DNA of 64,000 nucleotides from Octopus sinensis (lineage: Eukaryota), in assembly GCF_006345805.1 (NCBI RefSeq), contig NC_043008.1, positions 21,266,001 to 21,330,000 on the forward strand. The letters are read 5' to 3'. The notes beneath the pieces are model-generated. The model did not search any database. It was given only the letters and a program-made list of their open reading frames with translations, and was not told the DNA's origin. The position numbers and the translations under genes were made by a program. Below, piece after piece: positions 1 to 14,119 of this stretch. Each line of letters starts with the position of its first letter. Position 1 is the first letter of the stretch.

Positions 1-1419
1 TACACATATATATATCATCATCATCATCATCATCGTGTGTGTGTGTGTGTGTGTGTGTGCATGTATGTTTGTGTGTCTGTGTTTGTCCCCCTAGCATTGC
101 TTGACAACTGATGCTGGTGTGTTTATGTCCCTGTCACTTAGCGGTTCGGCAAAAGAGACTGATAGAATAAGTACTGGGCTTACAAAGAATAAGTCCCGGG
201 GTCGAGTTGCTCGATTAAAGGCGGTGCTCCAGCATGGCCACAGTCAAATGACTGAATCAAGTAAAAGGGAAAGTAAAAGAGAGTAATTAACTTGAGGGTG
301 GGTGGTAGGGAAAATGTAGTCGTTAAGGGAGAAATCATAAGCTCAGTAAATAATTAACTTGAGGATAAAAGTCATGTTACTTTCTAATTCACAACCATTA
401 GTATTTAAGTTAATACTTAGAATCTAATTAATTGGATACTGATTCTGTTCTGTTTTTCCTGTAAACACTCTTTTTATTTTAAAACAATCTGAAGAATATT
501 GAGTTATGTTTAGTGTTTAATGAGTGTTTAAAGGGCACCATTTGAGCGTGATCGTTACCAAAGTCGCCTTACTGGCACCTGTGCTGGGGGCATGTGTAAA
601 AGGATTTGAGCCAGGTCATTGCCAGTACTGCCGGACTGGCCCCCTTGCCGGTGGCACATAAAAAGCACCCACTACACTCTCAGAGTGGTTGGCATTAGGA
701 AGGGCATCCAGCTGTAGAAACTCTGCCAAATCAAGATTGGAGCCCAGGAGTCAAATGAGTTCACCCCGAAACACCTACAGAAGACTAGAGAGAAAGAGTT
801 CAGAAATTAAATTTACATTTATTATAGATTTGCTTGTAAAAGGTCAGAATGGTCTGAAAGGAGTCAGTAGGTTGTTTGTAATATTAAAGGAGTTGTTTAA
901 ACAAAAGGTTGGCCAAATGTAATGCTTCAGTGTGTCTTTAATATTTTATAGATCAAAGAATTTGTAGAGGATATATGTCAACCATGTATCTCCTCTGTAG
1001 CAAGGCATCTGTGCATGACCTTCTGTGATACTTTAAACCTCCCAACACATGGTATAAGGCCATTTCCCTGCCCCCATTCCCAACACTTAGATGAGGGAGC
1101 TTTTCCTTTTCTTGTTGTTTTCCTGTCTTGAAAGTTACTTGGTGACTCTACTAATGCTGGTGGCACAGAAAAAGTCACCAACTACACACTATAAAGGGGT
1201 TGGCATTTGGAAGGGCATCCAGCTACAGAAACCATGCCGAAGCTGACGTTGGAGCTTATTGCAGTCCTATGGCTCTCCAGATCTGGCCTAACCAACCAAC
1301 CTGTCAATGACAAAGTTAAAGAAAATACAGCCTCAACAATTATGGCACTTTGAATTCATTATTCGTGGCAGTTACGTAAGAAGCAATGCAACCTGTACAT
1401 AAAAAAAGTCAACATGTTT

Positions 1420-1955
1420 TGATGACTGGCGTTCGTGCTAGCAGGGTGCAAAGAGCACCATCTGAGCGTGATCATTGACAGAGCGGCTAACCGGCTTCCG
1501 TGCCAGTGGAATTTAAAGGGCACCATTCGAGTGTGATCGTTACCAGCGTCGCCTTACTGGCACTTGTGCCCGTGTTAGTAGGGTGCCAAGAGCACCATCT
1601 GTGTGTGATCGTTGCCAGAGCAGCGAACTGGCTTCCGTGCCAGTGGCGCGTAAAAGGGCACCATTCAAGCGTGATCGTTACCAGCATCGCCTTACTGGCA
1701 CCTGTGCTGGAGGCATGTGTAAAAGGATTTGAGCCAGGTCGTTGCCAGTACCGCATGATTGGCCCCCCGTGCCGGTGGCATGTAAAAAGCACCCACTACA
1801 CGCTCAGAGTGGTTGGCGTTAGGAAGGGCATCCAGCTGTAAAAACTCTGCCAAATCAAGATTGGAGCCTGGTGCAGCCATATGGTTCGCCAGCCCTCAGT
1901 CAAAATCGTCCAACCCATGCTAACATGGAAAGCGGACTTTAAACAATGATGATGA
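1420..1955 (+). mobile_element. RTE-type 3' end or derived element with internal ~60-bp sub-repeats and (gat)n tail
   Basis: Shared module ...aaaagcacccactacac...ttaggaagggcatccagctgtagaaa...aacccatgc...catggaaa...gatgatgat. Also at about 525-750, 6030-6325, 11380-11700, 20600-20800, and on the minus strand at 22170-22530 and 25820-26015. Confidence 0.7.
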
Positions 1956-2399
1956 TGTTCTGATAGGTTATATATTGAGTTGATTCAGTTATGAAATGGA
2001 GTTAGCAAATCAGTGACAAATTACCAAACTAATTGCACGGATAATAAATTTGAAACTTATTTGAAATTTAAAAAGCGTTTTGAATGTTTTGGAATAGCTT
2101 ATCGCAAATTATTCTGTGTTTATAGTCAGTGTTTATCATCCTACTTACTGACTCATTAAACTTTATAATAGTAGAATAAGACGGTTTGACAGACATAAAT
2201 TGTATTTATTTTTCTGTATTTGAATAAAATATTTAAAGATTACCGAAACATTTTTATACCAAATCTGTGTAAACTTGCTTTAATTTAGTTAGTTATGACA
2301 GCTGACATTTCATTTATGTCATTTTAATTTGACATTAAAATCTTTGTATTCCAAACTGAGTGGAAATTAGCATATATTATTGCCAAGCTTATGGCATAA

Positions 2400-2870
2400 A
2401 AGAATCTCGAGGCCTTGTTTTTAATGACACAGCACCACCGATCATGATTACTTACTTGGAGATACTCTTATTATTTCCAACATTAACCCAACCTCCACTT
2501 TTCACCACTATCACTATTGACCTGTCGGACTTTTCCTGCCTAACTTAAACATATCTAGAATATCAGATAAACATTGTCTCCAAATTTAGATCTGCTCTGC
2601 TGCCTCTATCAGCCTGCATAATTTGATCCATGGCCTTGCCAATTACTGCCAAGAACAATGTTGATTATGATAACATCTCTGCCTCACTCCATTCTTTACT
2701 TTAAAACATTTCAACAATCTATCATTATATATTACTGGACTATGGGCATCTTTGTATTGTTGTTGAAAAGAGTATTAATGAGCATATTGCAGATTCCACA
2801 TTGGTGGAATAATCTCAAAATTCCTTTCCTGATGACACTATTGGACTCTTTTCCAAAACTCAATGAAGTT
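2400..2870 (-). mobile_element. Degenerate LINE reverse-transcriptase fragment
   Basis: Minus-strand translation includes CFKVKNGVRQ, resembling the RT GVRQGC motif, with many disruptions. Confidence 0.5.
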
Positions 2871-4730
2871 GAAAATGAGGAAGGTCTGCCATTCTTCTAA
2901 CTTCTTAATGGTGACTAAGAGTATGAATTTGGTCAATGAAGAACTTTCTGTGGTTAACATGTATTTTGTGATATTTTTTCAGTCTCAAAAGAATAATTTT
3001 TGTATCTACCTGAAAATTAATAGAAGCATTATACCACACCAGTTTTTGTTAAGATATTGTCTGTGGTAGTTTAGGTAGTTTTGTTTCACTCAATGGCAAC
3101 TTTGGCTTTTAGAATGACATTATAGGATAGGTGTGAGAGGCTGGATCTGGCCAGTTTGAATATAAAGCGTGTGGAATATTTGGGTTGGATAAGGCTGCGA
3201 GCTGACAGAAACGTTAGCACACTGGGCGAAATGCTTAGTGGTATTTCGTCTGTCTTTACGTTCTGAGTTCATCTTTGCCTTTCATCCTTTCGGAGTTGAT
3301 AAATTAAGTACCAGTTGCTTACTGTGGTTGATATAATCAACTGGCCCCACCTCCCCAAAAATTTCGGGCCTTGTGCCTAGAGAAGAAAAGATTAACTTTA
3401 AAGGCAGCAAGCTGGCAGAAACGTTAGCACGCCAGGTGAAATGCTAAGTTGTATTTCATGTCTTTACGTTCTGAGTTCAAATTCTGCTGAGGTCGACTTT
3501 GCCTTTCATCTTTTCAGGGTTGATAAATTAAGTACCAGTTACATACTGTGGTCGATCTAATCAACTGGCCCCCTCCTCCAAAATTCCGGGTCTTGTGCCT
3601 AGTGTAGAAAAGAATATTTGATTGGATATGGCTAGATGAAATGCTAAAAGGTTAAAACATTAGTTTTAGAAGTTGTGTACATTCAATTATGTTGTAGTTT
3701 ATATAGTTAACTTGTGTCTTTCTTTCTTATAATTAAAATCTTGGTAATTATCTGAAACAATGAGTTTATTTTTCTAAGTTGCTACTGTATAATTCATGGC
3801 ACTGATAACTGAGGGTGATAACAACTTATAATTAATGTTGTAAATGAAAAAGATATAATACCTGCAAAAATAAAGTGAAAACAAATAAAAAATTTATGGA
3901 GATGTACTTGCATAGCAAGTGACCTGATCTGAGATTGTGTGCTGGAACGAAAACAATTGCAGCGTGGACGGTGTTTATAAGCCATTTAAGAAACACACAA
4001 AACCGTTAGATTCACTTCAACATTTAAATTCAATTTGTCAAAATATTTTCGTCGTTTTGAGACCGCGACCTGTTCACTGACAAAACTCCGTGCTGCATCT
4101 TAAAAATAAAGGCCATTATTTTGTTTTTAAAGTCCTAATCAAATATAGATATAACCAGCTTTAAATGGGGGGGGGGGCAAAAAAAATCCTTGGGTTAACA
4201 GTATAACAATTTTCAGAGCTTTTAAACAAAATCCTTCCTCATCAGAATTGTTCTGGCTGAATGCCAAGATTATTATTTGTCATTTGATGAACTTTTATAG
4301 GTTTTGGAAAGAAACCAAAACACTCCCCCTAATAAGTTTTTTATGTCTTTATTTTACTGTTTAGTTTTGGTAACAAGAAAGTGTCTCTTGAAAATTTCGA
4401 TAAGAAAACGGAACTGCATTTATACTCTCCCTCCGCCCCTCTCCTTGCTCTCTTCCTCTCTCTGATTTGCACTCATGATAATTAATTGCATACATACCGA
4501 CGTACAAGTTTATTTGCTTAATTAATTTTGTTGGCACCTTGGAAAATTTTTCTTCCCCCGTGCTTCATAAATACAAGCCAGAAAAGTTGTCTAGGTGTTA
4601 ATAAAGGTAATTATGCAAGCAAAAGTCACTTGTTGTGCAGACGGAATTGCAGGGGGAATGGGTATATACGGTGGGTATGAATCGTGGCCTAAGTTTATTA
4701 TTGAAAGGAAGTAACACACACACACATGTG

Positions 4731-4773
<43 letters not shown>

Positions 4774-4828
4774 CTGTGTGTGTGTATGTGTGTGTGTGTA
4801 TATATATGTATGTATGTATGCATGTATG

Positions 4829-4871
<43 letters not shown>

Positions 4872-5665
4872 TAACTGTGTTGTAATTGAATTAAAATTTC
4901 TATTTCATGTTGTTTTATATGGCTACCACATATAACCTGTCTGTCTGTCTGTCACTTTCATACATGTGTTTGTGTGTATGTGTGCATGTATGTGTATGTG
5001 TGTGGTGTACCTGTGTGTATGTATAGTGTGTGGTGTGTGTGTGTATATATACACGGGCGTCTATGAGCAGTATGTGCCTCTGTGTGTGTGTGTGCATGTG
5101 TGCATGCATGTACTCTGTGTGTGTTATGTTTCCATATGATACAGACTCCATTTGTCTGCACAAGCTTATTTTCACAAAAGACTTTATAGTTGGTCGTGAT
5201 GATCAAAAGCATTACCTCTTATAGAAATCACAGTCTCTTCCTGATTCCCATTAATTTGTTCCTCATTTGGCACCGATAACAGCACTCCAGGCTTCTTTGT
5301 TGTTGTGCAAAAGTATTTATGGTTTTAGGCCTGAGAGCACTGAGAGGTGCACAATTAGAAAGCCGTGTTGTATTCTTGTATATGGCTGGAATGGGAAAAT
5401 AGGGGTACAGTGAGGGTGATGGCGAATTATGTGTTTGTGTAAGCTGGTAGATATATATTCTTTCACTTGTTTCAGTCATTTGACCGTGGCCATGCTGGAG
5501 CACCACCTTTTAGTCGAGCAAATTGACCCCAGGACTTATTCTTTGTGAGCCTAGTACTTATTCTCTCGGTCTCTTTTGCCGAACCGCTAAGTTACGGGGA
5601 CGTAAACACACCAGCATCGGTTGTCAAGCGATGTTGGGGAGACAAATACAGACACACAAACACAT

Positions 5666-5710
<45 letters not shown>

Positions 5711-8700
5711 TAAGATGGGCTTCTTTCAGTTTCCATCTACTAAATCGACTCACAAGGCTTTGGTTGGCCTGAGGCTATAGTAGAAGACACTTGCCCAAGG
5801 TGCCACGCAGTGGGACTGAACCCGGAACCATGTGGTTGGTAAGCAAGCTACTTACCACACAGCCACTCCTACGCCTATATTGATGCTATTATGCAAAAGT
5901 GTTGTTAGTCCCAAAATGTTGCTTTTTCAGAAAACAAAAAAAATAGTTTCACCATTCCATTTTTCTTAGACCTATTGAGTCAAGTACATCAACATCAAAA
6001 TAGATATCAAATGGAAATTGTAGTTGTGATACCTGTGCCGGTGGCACGTAAAAAGCACCATCCAAACGTGGTCGATGCCAGCGCCTCCTTGACTGGCTTC
6101 TGTGCTGGTGGCACGTAAAAAGCACCAACCAATCGTGACTGCTGCCAGCTTCCCCTGGGACCTGTGCCGGTGGTGGCACGTAAAAAGTACCCACTACACT
6201 CATGGAGTGGTTGGCGTTAGGAAGGGCATCCAGCTGTAGAAACACTGCCAGATCAGACTGGAACCTGGTGCAGCCTCCTGGCTTCCCAGACCCCAGTCGA
6301 CAATGATGATGATGATTATGATGATTCTAAAATACCTCAAAGGTAAACCATAAAGCTTCTGATTTACCAAGGAAAACAATTGAGAAGAATATTCCATGCC
6401 GAAAGTTGGAAAATGTTGACTTCATTCTACATATTTCTACACTGCAAAACAAAGTGACCAAAAAATACTGTGGAAAAATTTACTTTTGATCCATCAAAAT
6501 CTAGTGTTTCTCTTTTGCCGAAGGTAACTCCTATGGAACCAATAGTTATTATTTTTATACACAAATCTGATCTTATTTTCTAGTTTTCTAAAATTCTATT
6601 CTTTCAAAATATATTTTCATAAAATAAATGTCAGTTTATTGTTGGAATAATTTTTAAATATTTCTAATAAAAATGAATCGCTGGTACACAGTTTTAGATA
6701 GCTAAGTCATAGCAAATATTTAAGTGTTATTTCTATACTTGAGTAGTTTTAATTCAACAATCAAAATCCTAAATTAAATAAAAACCTAGAAACCATAATT
6801 CAATATTTTGATTTCAGTCACAAATGGAAATATTTGGGAAGTAAATAGTACATAATCATTGGGGTTTTTTTTGTTTTTGTTTTAAAATTTCTAATAGTAA
6901 TTCAAATATTTAGCTTTAATCTTTGTGAAGTTTCATTACTAAAAACGAATTAATACATTTATTTTTTTAAAATCTAAAAATATTCTACCCAAATTTTTAA
7001 AATGATAAATTCTATTTAAAATATATAAAAATGTTTCTAGGCCAACATCATTTAATTTAAAAATACTCAGAATTTTTACTATTTGGTAAAAAACACCATT
7101 GATGTTGCATTATACTGAATCAGCAGAAAAAATATATATTTTTTCTATCCTGTTGAGTATTGTAAATTAGATACTAAAATATCATTTTTAGTATTTTAAC
7201 TTTTAATCATTGTAGTGTTTGTTTACTTCCTTTTAAGCTAAATAGAGACAATCTATAGACTCTTAATATATAATAGTGATACCACAGGCATGGCTATGTG
7301 GTAAGAAGTTTGCTTCCCAACCACATGGTTCTGGGTTCAATTCCACTGCATGGTACCTCAGACAAGTGTCTTCTACCATAACAGCAGTCTGATTAAAGCC
7401 TAGTGAGTGGATTTGGTCAATGGAAACTGAAAGGTCAAAGGCGATGAGCTGGCAGAAACGTTAGCACACCGAACGAAATGCTTAGCAGTATTTCGTCTTG
7501 TCTTTACGTTCTGAGTTCAAATTCTGCCGAGGTCGACTTTGCCTTTCATCCTTCCGAGGTCGATAATTTAAGTACCAGTTACACACTGGGGTTGATGTAA
7601 TAAACTTAGTCTGTTTGTGTGCCCTTGTTTGTCCCCACTATTTTTATCCCCCTGTGGGCAATAAAGAAATAGGAAACTGAAAGAAGCCCATTTTGTGTGT
7701 GTGTGTGTGAATATGTGGGGTGTATTCTTTATGTCTTTCTTTTTCCCCCACTCCTGCTTGGTAAATGGTGTGGGTTTGTTTATGTAGGCAAAATAGATGA
7801 ATAGAATAAGTACCAAGCTTAGAAAAATAAATAAATATTGGGGTTCATTCGCTTGGCTAAAATACTTCGAGGCAGTCCAATGACCAAAACAAGTAAAATA
7901 TGAGAAACAATGTCAAACCCATTTTCCATAGAAAACATTGATGAATCTCTCAATGAGTTTAAATACAAACAGTTCTGATATGAAAACATGAAAACTCTCC
8001 CACACAAATGGGTCTCTGCACACACATCTGGAAGCACACACTCTTGGAAACAAATACACCTGGACGGACACACACCCAAACAGATGCACACCTGGACACA
8101 TACATACACATTTACACCTATATGACAGTCTTTGTAGAGTTTAAGTTTAGGCTTCAGTAAAAGAAACTTGTCTGATGTGCTTCACATCAGGACTGAACTT
8201 GGACCCGCGTGGTTGAGAAGTGAATTTCTTAACCACACAGCCATACCTGCTCCTCCTCTACATTCGAAAACTTATACAAAATACAATTTTTTTTTCATAT
8301 ATATATATTCCACAATCTAAAGCTAAATAAAGCAACTCCATCACATCTCTATACATTGTTATAATACATTGTTATTGTCAATGTCCAGCTTACCATCAAT
8401 TCTATCACCCTATTGTTTTTAATATAACTTTTCAGAACTTTGCTTCTATTCTACCCACTCTTAAATATGTCTAACATTTGCCTTCAATTATTTCAATACC
8501 CACACTGTCTCTTACTTCCTGTTGCTAGATTTAATCACATTACATATTGATATTTCACCCCCCCCCCCGCTGCATCTCTCTGGAACTGACATTCCACCTA
8601 CAGTTTTTACCTCTCGGTTTTATCAAAATACATCAATTCAATCAGATCATTAACCATACTAACTTTAGCCTTTCAATAATTCATAATGGAAGATCCTAGA

Positions 8701-9599
8701 AATCTTTCCTAATAGGAACAATTTCAAAAGTGTGCTTTTCAAAAATACACAATGAGTGAATGATTGCCAACAATAGGTTATTAACAAAATATGTGTGTTG
8801 GATATAAACCGTATGTGCATGGTTTAGTATGTGTGTGTCATAAAATACCTGTATATATGATATAAAAATTTGTGTCTGTGTGCATGTGATATAATATTTG
8901 TATATGTGCGTGTGTATATGTATATGATATAAAGTTTGCATGTGTATGCGATATGAAATATGAGTGTGTGTGTTTGTATGTGATATAAAGAGATTGGAGG
9001 TTTTTGAAGAGCAAATAATACTGCATTGTGATTAATTGATCCAATGGGTTCAAAGAGAATAATTCATTATGTTAATGACAATCCCTGTGACAAAATTAAA
9101 GCTAATATGGAATTTCAGTTGTTACCTAGACAATGTGATGCTTTGAATAGGAACATTCCTAGCAGTCAAAACTAATTGTAATTTATGACGAAGAAAATTG
9201 TTATTGAGGAAATAAGTCACAATGGATAATAATGGGTTGAATTAAGTGATTCCATGAGGAATAGCTAAAAGAATTCTTCTACAACTTCTTGATAATGAAT
9301 TATTTAAAATTAATTGTTGCTATCCCTTTCTGGAGAATATGATATTGAAATGAAAAAATACATAAAAGAAATCAATATAAGCCTGAATGCCTAGCATTAT
9401 TTTAGCTTTTCTTATTTGCTCTAGATTCAAGATCTATTATAACTGGCTTTGGCTTTCATCATACCAGGGTTAATATGTAGCAGTAATATAGTGCGAAGTG
9501 AAGGCATGTGGCCTAGAGATTTGGGTGTTACACTCACGATTGCAAGTTATGGTTTCAATTTCAGCACTGGGTGGTGTCCCGTGTTCTTGAGCAAATGAC

Positions 9600-10930
9600 T
9601 TGATGGTTTGCAACACCAACATCAGGAAACCTGCCAGCCATCTGATCACTTATCAATCTGGTTGGCTCACTAGCCAGACTGGCTACATCGTCACCAGTAA
9701 TAGGACAGGGGTATGCAAAGTCTTTTCCAAGTGAAGAATGTACTACTTAACATAGGTTAGTGGTTAGCAACTTCAGACTTAAGGCTAGAATGATCTCAAG
9801 ACATAAATTGATATGGAAAAAGAAGGTATGGAAGCTCAAGGATCCTTCAAATGGGCAGATAGTTAGAGATGTCCTTAATGAAGCCTTTGATGAAATGGAG
9901 GATAAGACGGGGACATATGACATAGGGGACAACTGGAAGTTCTTATGGGACAATCTTCTGAAGGCAACAGACCAATCTTTGGTTGGAGCAAAGCTTCTGC
10001 CAGACCAAGAGTGACATGGTGGTAGAAGAGTGAGGTTGACAGGGCTATAAAAGAGAAGAGATGGGCTTAGAAAGAGTGGATAGCAAAGAACCATATCAGA
10101 TAGCTCAAAGAGAAGCTAGGCATCAGGTAATCCTAGCTAGGGCAGAAGCAGAAAGGAAGAGGTTTGTCTATGTTCTACAGTATGAAGATCAGAAACTTGA
10201 GGTGTTTCAGATTGCCAGGCAGTGTGTTAGAGAGAATCAAGATGATGTGGGAGAGAAATGTGCACAGATAGATAATAGTACGCTTGATCTTTGTGATCCA
10301 AAAAGAAAGTGGTGTGATATGCTCTGCTGGATGTGCAGTGTCAGTGTACATGTGCTGCAGAGCTCTAGTGTATTGAGAGAAAAGTTAGGTATATGTGGAA
10401 TTATAATTTCTCTTATGAGGAATTATAGGAGGCATGTGGCTTAGTGGTTAGGGTGTCAACATCATGATTGTAAGATTGTGGTTTCGATTCCTGGACCAGG
10501 CAACAGGTTGTGTTCTTGAACAAAACACTTCATTTCACGTTGCCCTAGTCCACTCAGCTGGCAAAAATGAGTAATGCTGCGATGGACTAGCGTCCCGTCC
10601 TGCTGGGGAACTCATATGCCATGGAAACTGGGACCATGAGTCTGGATAGGCTTTAAAAAGGCGCATTTATTTATTTTATTTATGAGGAATTATAACTTCT
10701 CATAAGAGGAATTATAGTGCAGTCTCCTCTTGGAGGAGACTGCACTAGTTTGGTCATGTGATGCAGATAAATGAGGACAGTTGCATAAAGAACTTCTGAT
10801 CACTTATTCTGGAGGGAAGTTGTGGAAGAGAGTGACCCAACAAGACATAGGATGAAGTATTGAAGGCTGATCTTGAAACGCTGAGCCTTACAAAGGAGAT
10901 GAAGGAGGAGTGAGTTTTGTGGCATAATGT
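9600..10930 (+). mobile_element. Degenerate RTE-clade LINE, internally deleted, with a nested SINE
   Basis: APE-end and linker motifs (CNTN.RKPASHLITYQSG; HRLVVSNFRLK...KKKVWKLKDP; EAERKRF...FQIARQCVREN) are joined to the C-terminal WMCSVSVH...LREKLG region. Stops and frameshifts present. Confidence 0.8.
10428..10679 (+). mobile_element. tRNA-headed SINE inserted in the RTE fragment
   Basis: Head ggaggcatgtggcttagtggttaggg...gtttcgattcc. 15-bp TSD ttatgaggaattata at 10413-10427 and 10680-10694. A second copy lies on the minus strand at about 44869-45121. Confidence 0.85.
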
Positions 10931-11995
10931 TGTTTCTCAAGCCATGGCTGGCTCATAAGGGCCAGTTTCTCGGTTTCCTTGGCGTATAGGTACCCCATCT
11001 GGACGGGTCACCAGTCCGTCGCAGTTGAGCTGCATGATGCAGGAGGAAAGAGTGACAGAAAGTTGTGGCAAAAGAGTCAGCAGAAGTTCGCCATTACCTT
11101 CTGCCGGGGCTGCGTGGAGCTTAGGTGTTTCTCTCATAAACACACACATTGCCCAGAGATTCAAACCTGCAATCCCTCGACCACGAGTCCGCTGCTCTAA
11201 CAACTAGGCCATGTGCCTAGTTGTACATTCAAGAAAACTTGCCCATCACAGCAGTATTGATATCCTAAGACCAAAGTGCCATGTAAAAAGTATTGGTGTT
11301 GGTGCCATGCAAAAGGCACTGTATAGAGCACTGGTGCTGGTGCTATGTAAAGCACTGGGGTTTGTGCCATATAAAAAGCAGCCAGTACACTCTGTAAAGT
11401 GGTTGGCATTAGGAAGGACATCCAGCAGTAGAAACCAACCCAAAACAGACTATGGTCATCATCATCATCATTGTTGTTCGACCGTGGTCGAGACAATGGA
11501 ATTTACTATGCTACGCCAGACTCCACGGTCCATCATAGCATTACGGAGGTCCTGTTGCTGGATGCCTGTATCCCTGGATATGGTACCAGACTATGGTACC
11601 TGGTGAGGCCCCTGGCCTTGCCGGTTCCTGTCTAGCCATCCAACCCATGCCAGCATGGAAAATGGATGTTAAATGACGATGATGATGATGATGATGATGA
11701 TAACTATGTGTGTATGTAAGATATTACTTTTATAATACTTTTTGAAAGACATAAATGCCATTTACCTGAAATTCCTCTCACTTGGAATAAAAAGAAGATT
11801 TGAGTCTCATTTCAACAAAACATTACTGTATGCTATTGTAGCTTTCACATCTTGCTTTAACGTCTCTTACTATCCAACACTAATCACTTGATTTCCTTAC
11901 GACGCTCCACTGTTAACAACAACAAGAACAACAAAAAAAACATGTAAATGTGTTGCTGAAGATATTGTGTGTTGTATTATTTTTATTTTTAGCAG

Positions 11996-12527
11996 GTGAC
12001 CAATTATGCAAATGCACAGTTACTGCAACCGCTTGCAAAGCGTGTTAATACACCAAAATATGAAGAATTGGCAGACATGTCTAGAACTACAAAATATTTA
12101 CCAGTATCCTTTTCTGGAGTGAAACCATCGTGCTCTTCAAAGTCACTACCTAAATCTCCTAGTATAGGACCTAGACAATTATGGGCTGTTCCTGCAACCA
12201 TCAAATCACCATCTCAAAACATTTACCCAAAATCTCTAACAGTTCCAGCTAAAACTCTGCAGATGCCAGGGCCCATGCCTACTTTCTCCTTATCTTCTTC
12301 TTCGATGGATAAACTGAAAAAAGTTTCAGTACCTATAACTGTAGCAACCACTCCCAAACTCTCTTCCATGGCAGATGAAGAACATTTCCAAATTCAAGCA
12401 CCATCACAGCAATTAGCCACATTCTGTTCTTCGCCTAGTATGAAAAATCTTCAAAAGCAGAAAATGACTTCACCTTTGCAACCAACTTTAGAAAATGTTC
12501 AACAAACTTCAACCCCTAATGAAATTG
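11996..12527 (+). CDS. Internal exon A of a spliced gene (S/P/T/K-rich disordered region; candidate SIX6OS1/C14orf39-like protein)
   Basis: Open frame VTNYANAQ...QTSTPNEI. T-rich acceptor ...ttttagcag| before 11996 and donor G|gtaaaa after 12527 (phase 1). Non-repetitive, coding-like sequence. Confidence 0.85.
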
Positions 12528-13819
12528 GTAAAAATTATATTTACTTATTCAATGTTTATTTTTTCCTAAATTTTTCCCTAAATTTTTCATAAATTTGTAT
12601 GCACAGGAGTGGCTGTGTGGTAAGTAGCTTGCTTATGAACCACATGGTTCCGGGTTCAGTCCCAATGTGTGGCACCTTGGGCAAGTGTCTTCTACTATAG
12701 CCTCGAGCCAACCAAAGCCTTATGAGTGGATTTGGTAGACGGAAACTGAAAGAAACCCGTCGTATGTATACATATATGTGTGTGTGTGTGTGCCAGCATG
12801 GAAAGAGGACGTTAAACGATGCTGCTGCTGATGATGATATACACATGCATATGTATGCATGTATGTGTGTGTGTGTGTGCATGTGTTACTGATTATTGAG
12901 TGATAATTGTAAATGAGTTGTTGTCATGGCAGTGGTGTCCTTCATTTCCAATCTTTCATGAAAATCTGTCTGACCATAAGGAAATGTTACCTTATGTGAC
13001 AAGAAGGGCACCCAGCTGTAGAAAATCCATCTCAACAAATTTAGTCCAACTCATGTGAGCATTTAATTGTGGACATTAAAATGCTCCTCCTCATCCTCAT
13101 CCTCCCCCTCTTCCTCCTCCTCCACTTCTCTCTCATCCTCCTCCTTGAAACTGCATACTTACGACCGGGAGTCCGCTGCCCTAACCACTGGGCCATTGTG
13201 CCTCCACTGCTGTTGTTGCTGCAGCTGCTAATGTTGTTGATTATGCTTATGCATTTATGTATGTATATATGCATGTGGGATTGAGAAATTTGCCTCTCAA
13301 CCAAATGGTTGCAGGTTCAGTCCTGCTCGGTGGCACCTTGAGCATGTGTCTTCTACTATAGCCCTAAACTGAACATAGCCTTGTGAGTGGATTTTGTAGA
13401 ATGAAACTGAAAGAACATTGTGTATGTTTGTTTGTTTATATTTGCTAGCATTTGTAATTGGTTGTATGAAAGTGAGACAGGTGCTTTTTTTTATGTCAGT
13501 TTCTCCTATTAAGAAATCATTTCTGCACTCCGCCGCTTCATGCCTTCGGAGCTGTGTGGAATAAGTGATACCTGCCTTGAAAAAAAAAACAGATAATGGT
13601 AGCATCAGGAAGGGCTTCCTGCTGTAATACATCTCAACATATTCATCTGACCCATGCAAGCACAGAAAAGTGGATGTTAAATAAAGGCACAATACCCTAC
13701 ATTTATGACTACAGACAATTTACTTTTCTATCTTAAATTTTAGTATATTTTCCTTCAGAAGTCTTTGAGTTGATTGATTAAATTTAAAATATTGAATATT
13801 TAAACCTATTTTCAAACAG

Positions 13820-13995
13820 AAGAAACTGCCTTGAGCAAGTCTGAGAACATTAACATCAACCAAGATGCTTTTCAGGAAAGTACCTTTGATTTCAACGAAC
13901 ATCAAAGGATGTTGAAAAAGCTTCATTTATCTCCAGGCATGCCTACAATGTCGCACAGACCAATGTTTCTCCAATCAGATGAAAACCAGAAACAG
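13820..13995 (+). CDS. Internal exon B of the same gene
   Basis: Acceptor ttttcaaacag|, donor CAG|gtacta. Phase 1 in, phase 0 out. Encodes (E)ETALSKSENININQDAFQESTFDFNEHQRMLKKLHLSPGMPTMSHRPMFLQSDENQKQ. Confidence 0.85.
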
Positions 13996-14119
13996 GTACT
14001 AAATAATATTAATGTGTTTAATATTGATTTTTGTTTGTTTAAAATTAGATTTTTTTTTCCATGTGAGTATGGGTTAGAAGAATGCATATTTTTGAAGCAT
14101 TGTTTTGACATTCTTTTGC

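Noticed and set aside
4195-4255. Minus-strand CTGATGA...GAAA
   Set aside because: No stem II or III and no NUH cleavage site in register.
6370-6523. Candidate upstream exon ending ...FTFDPSKSSVSLLPK|gtaact, phase-compatible with exon A
   Set aside because: An in-frame TGA directly follows the nearest AG and no clean acceptor gives an open frame. It would require an assembly indel.
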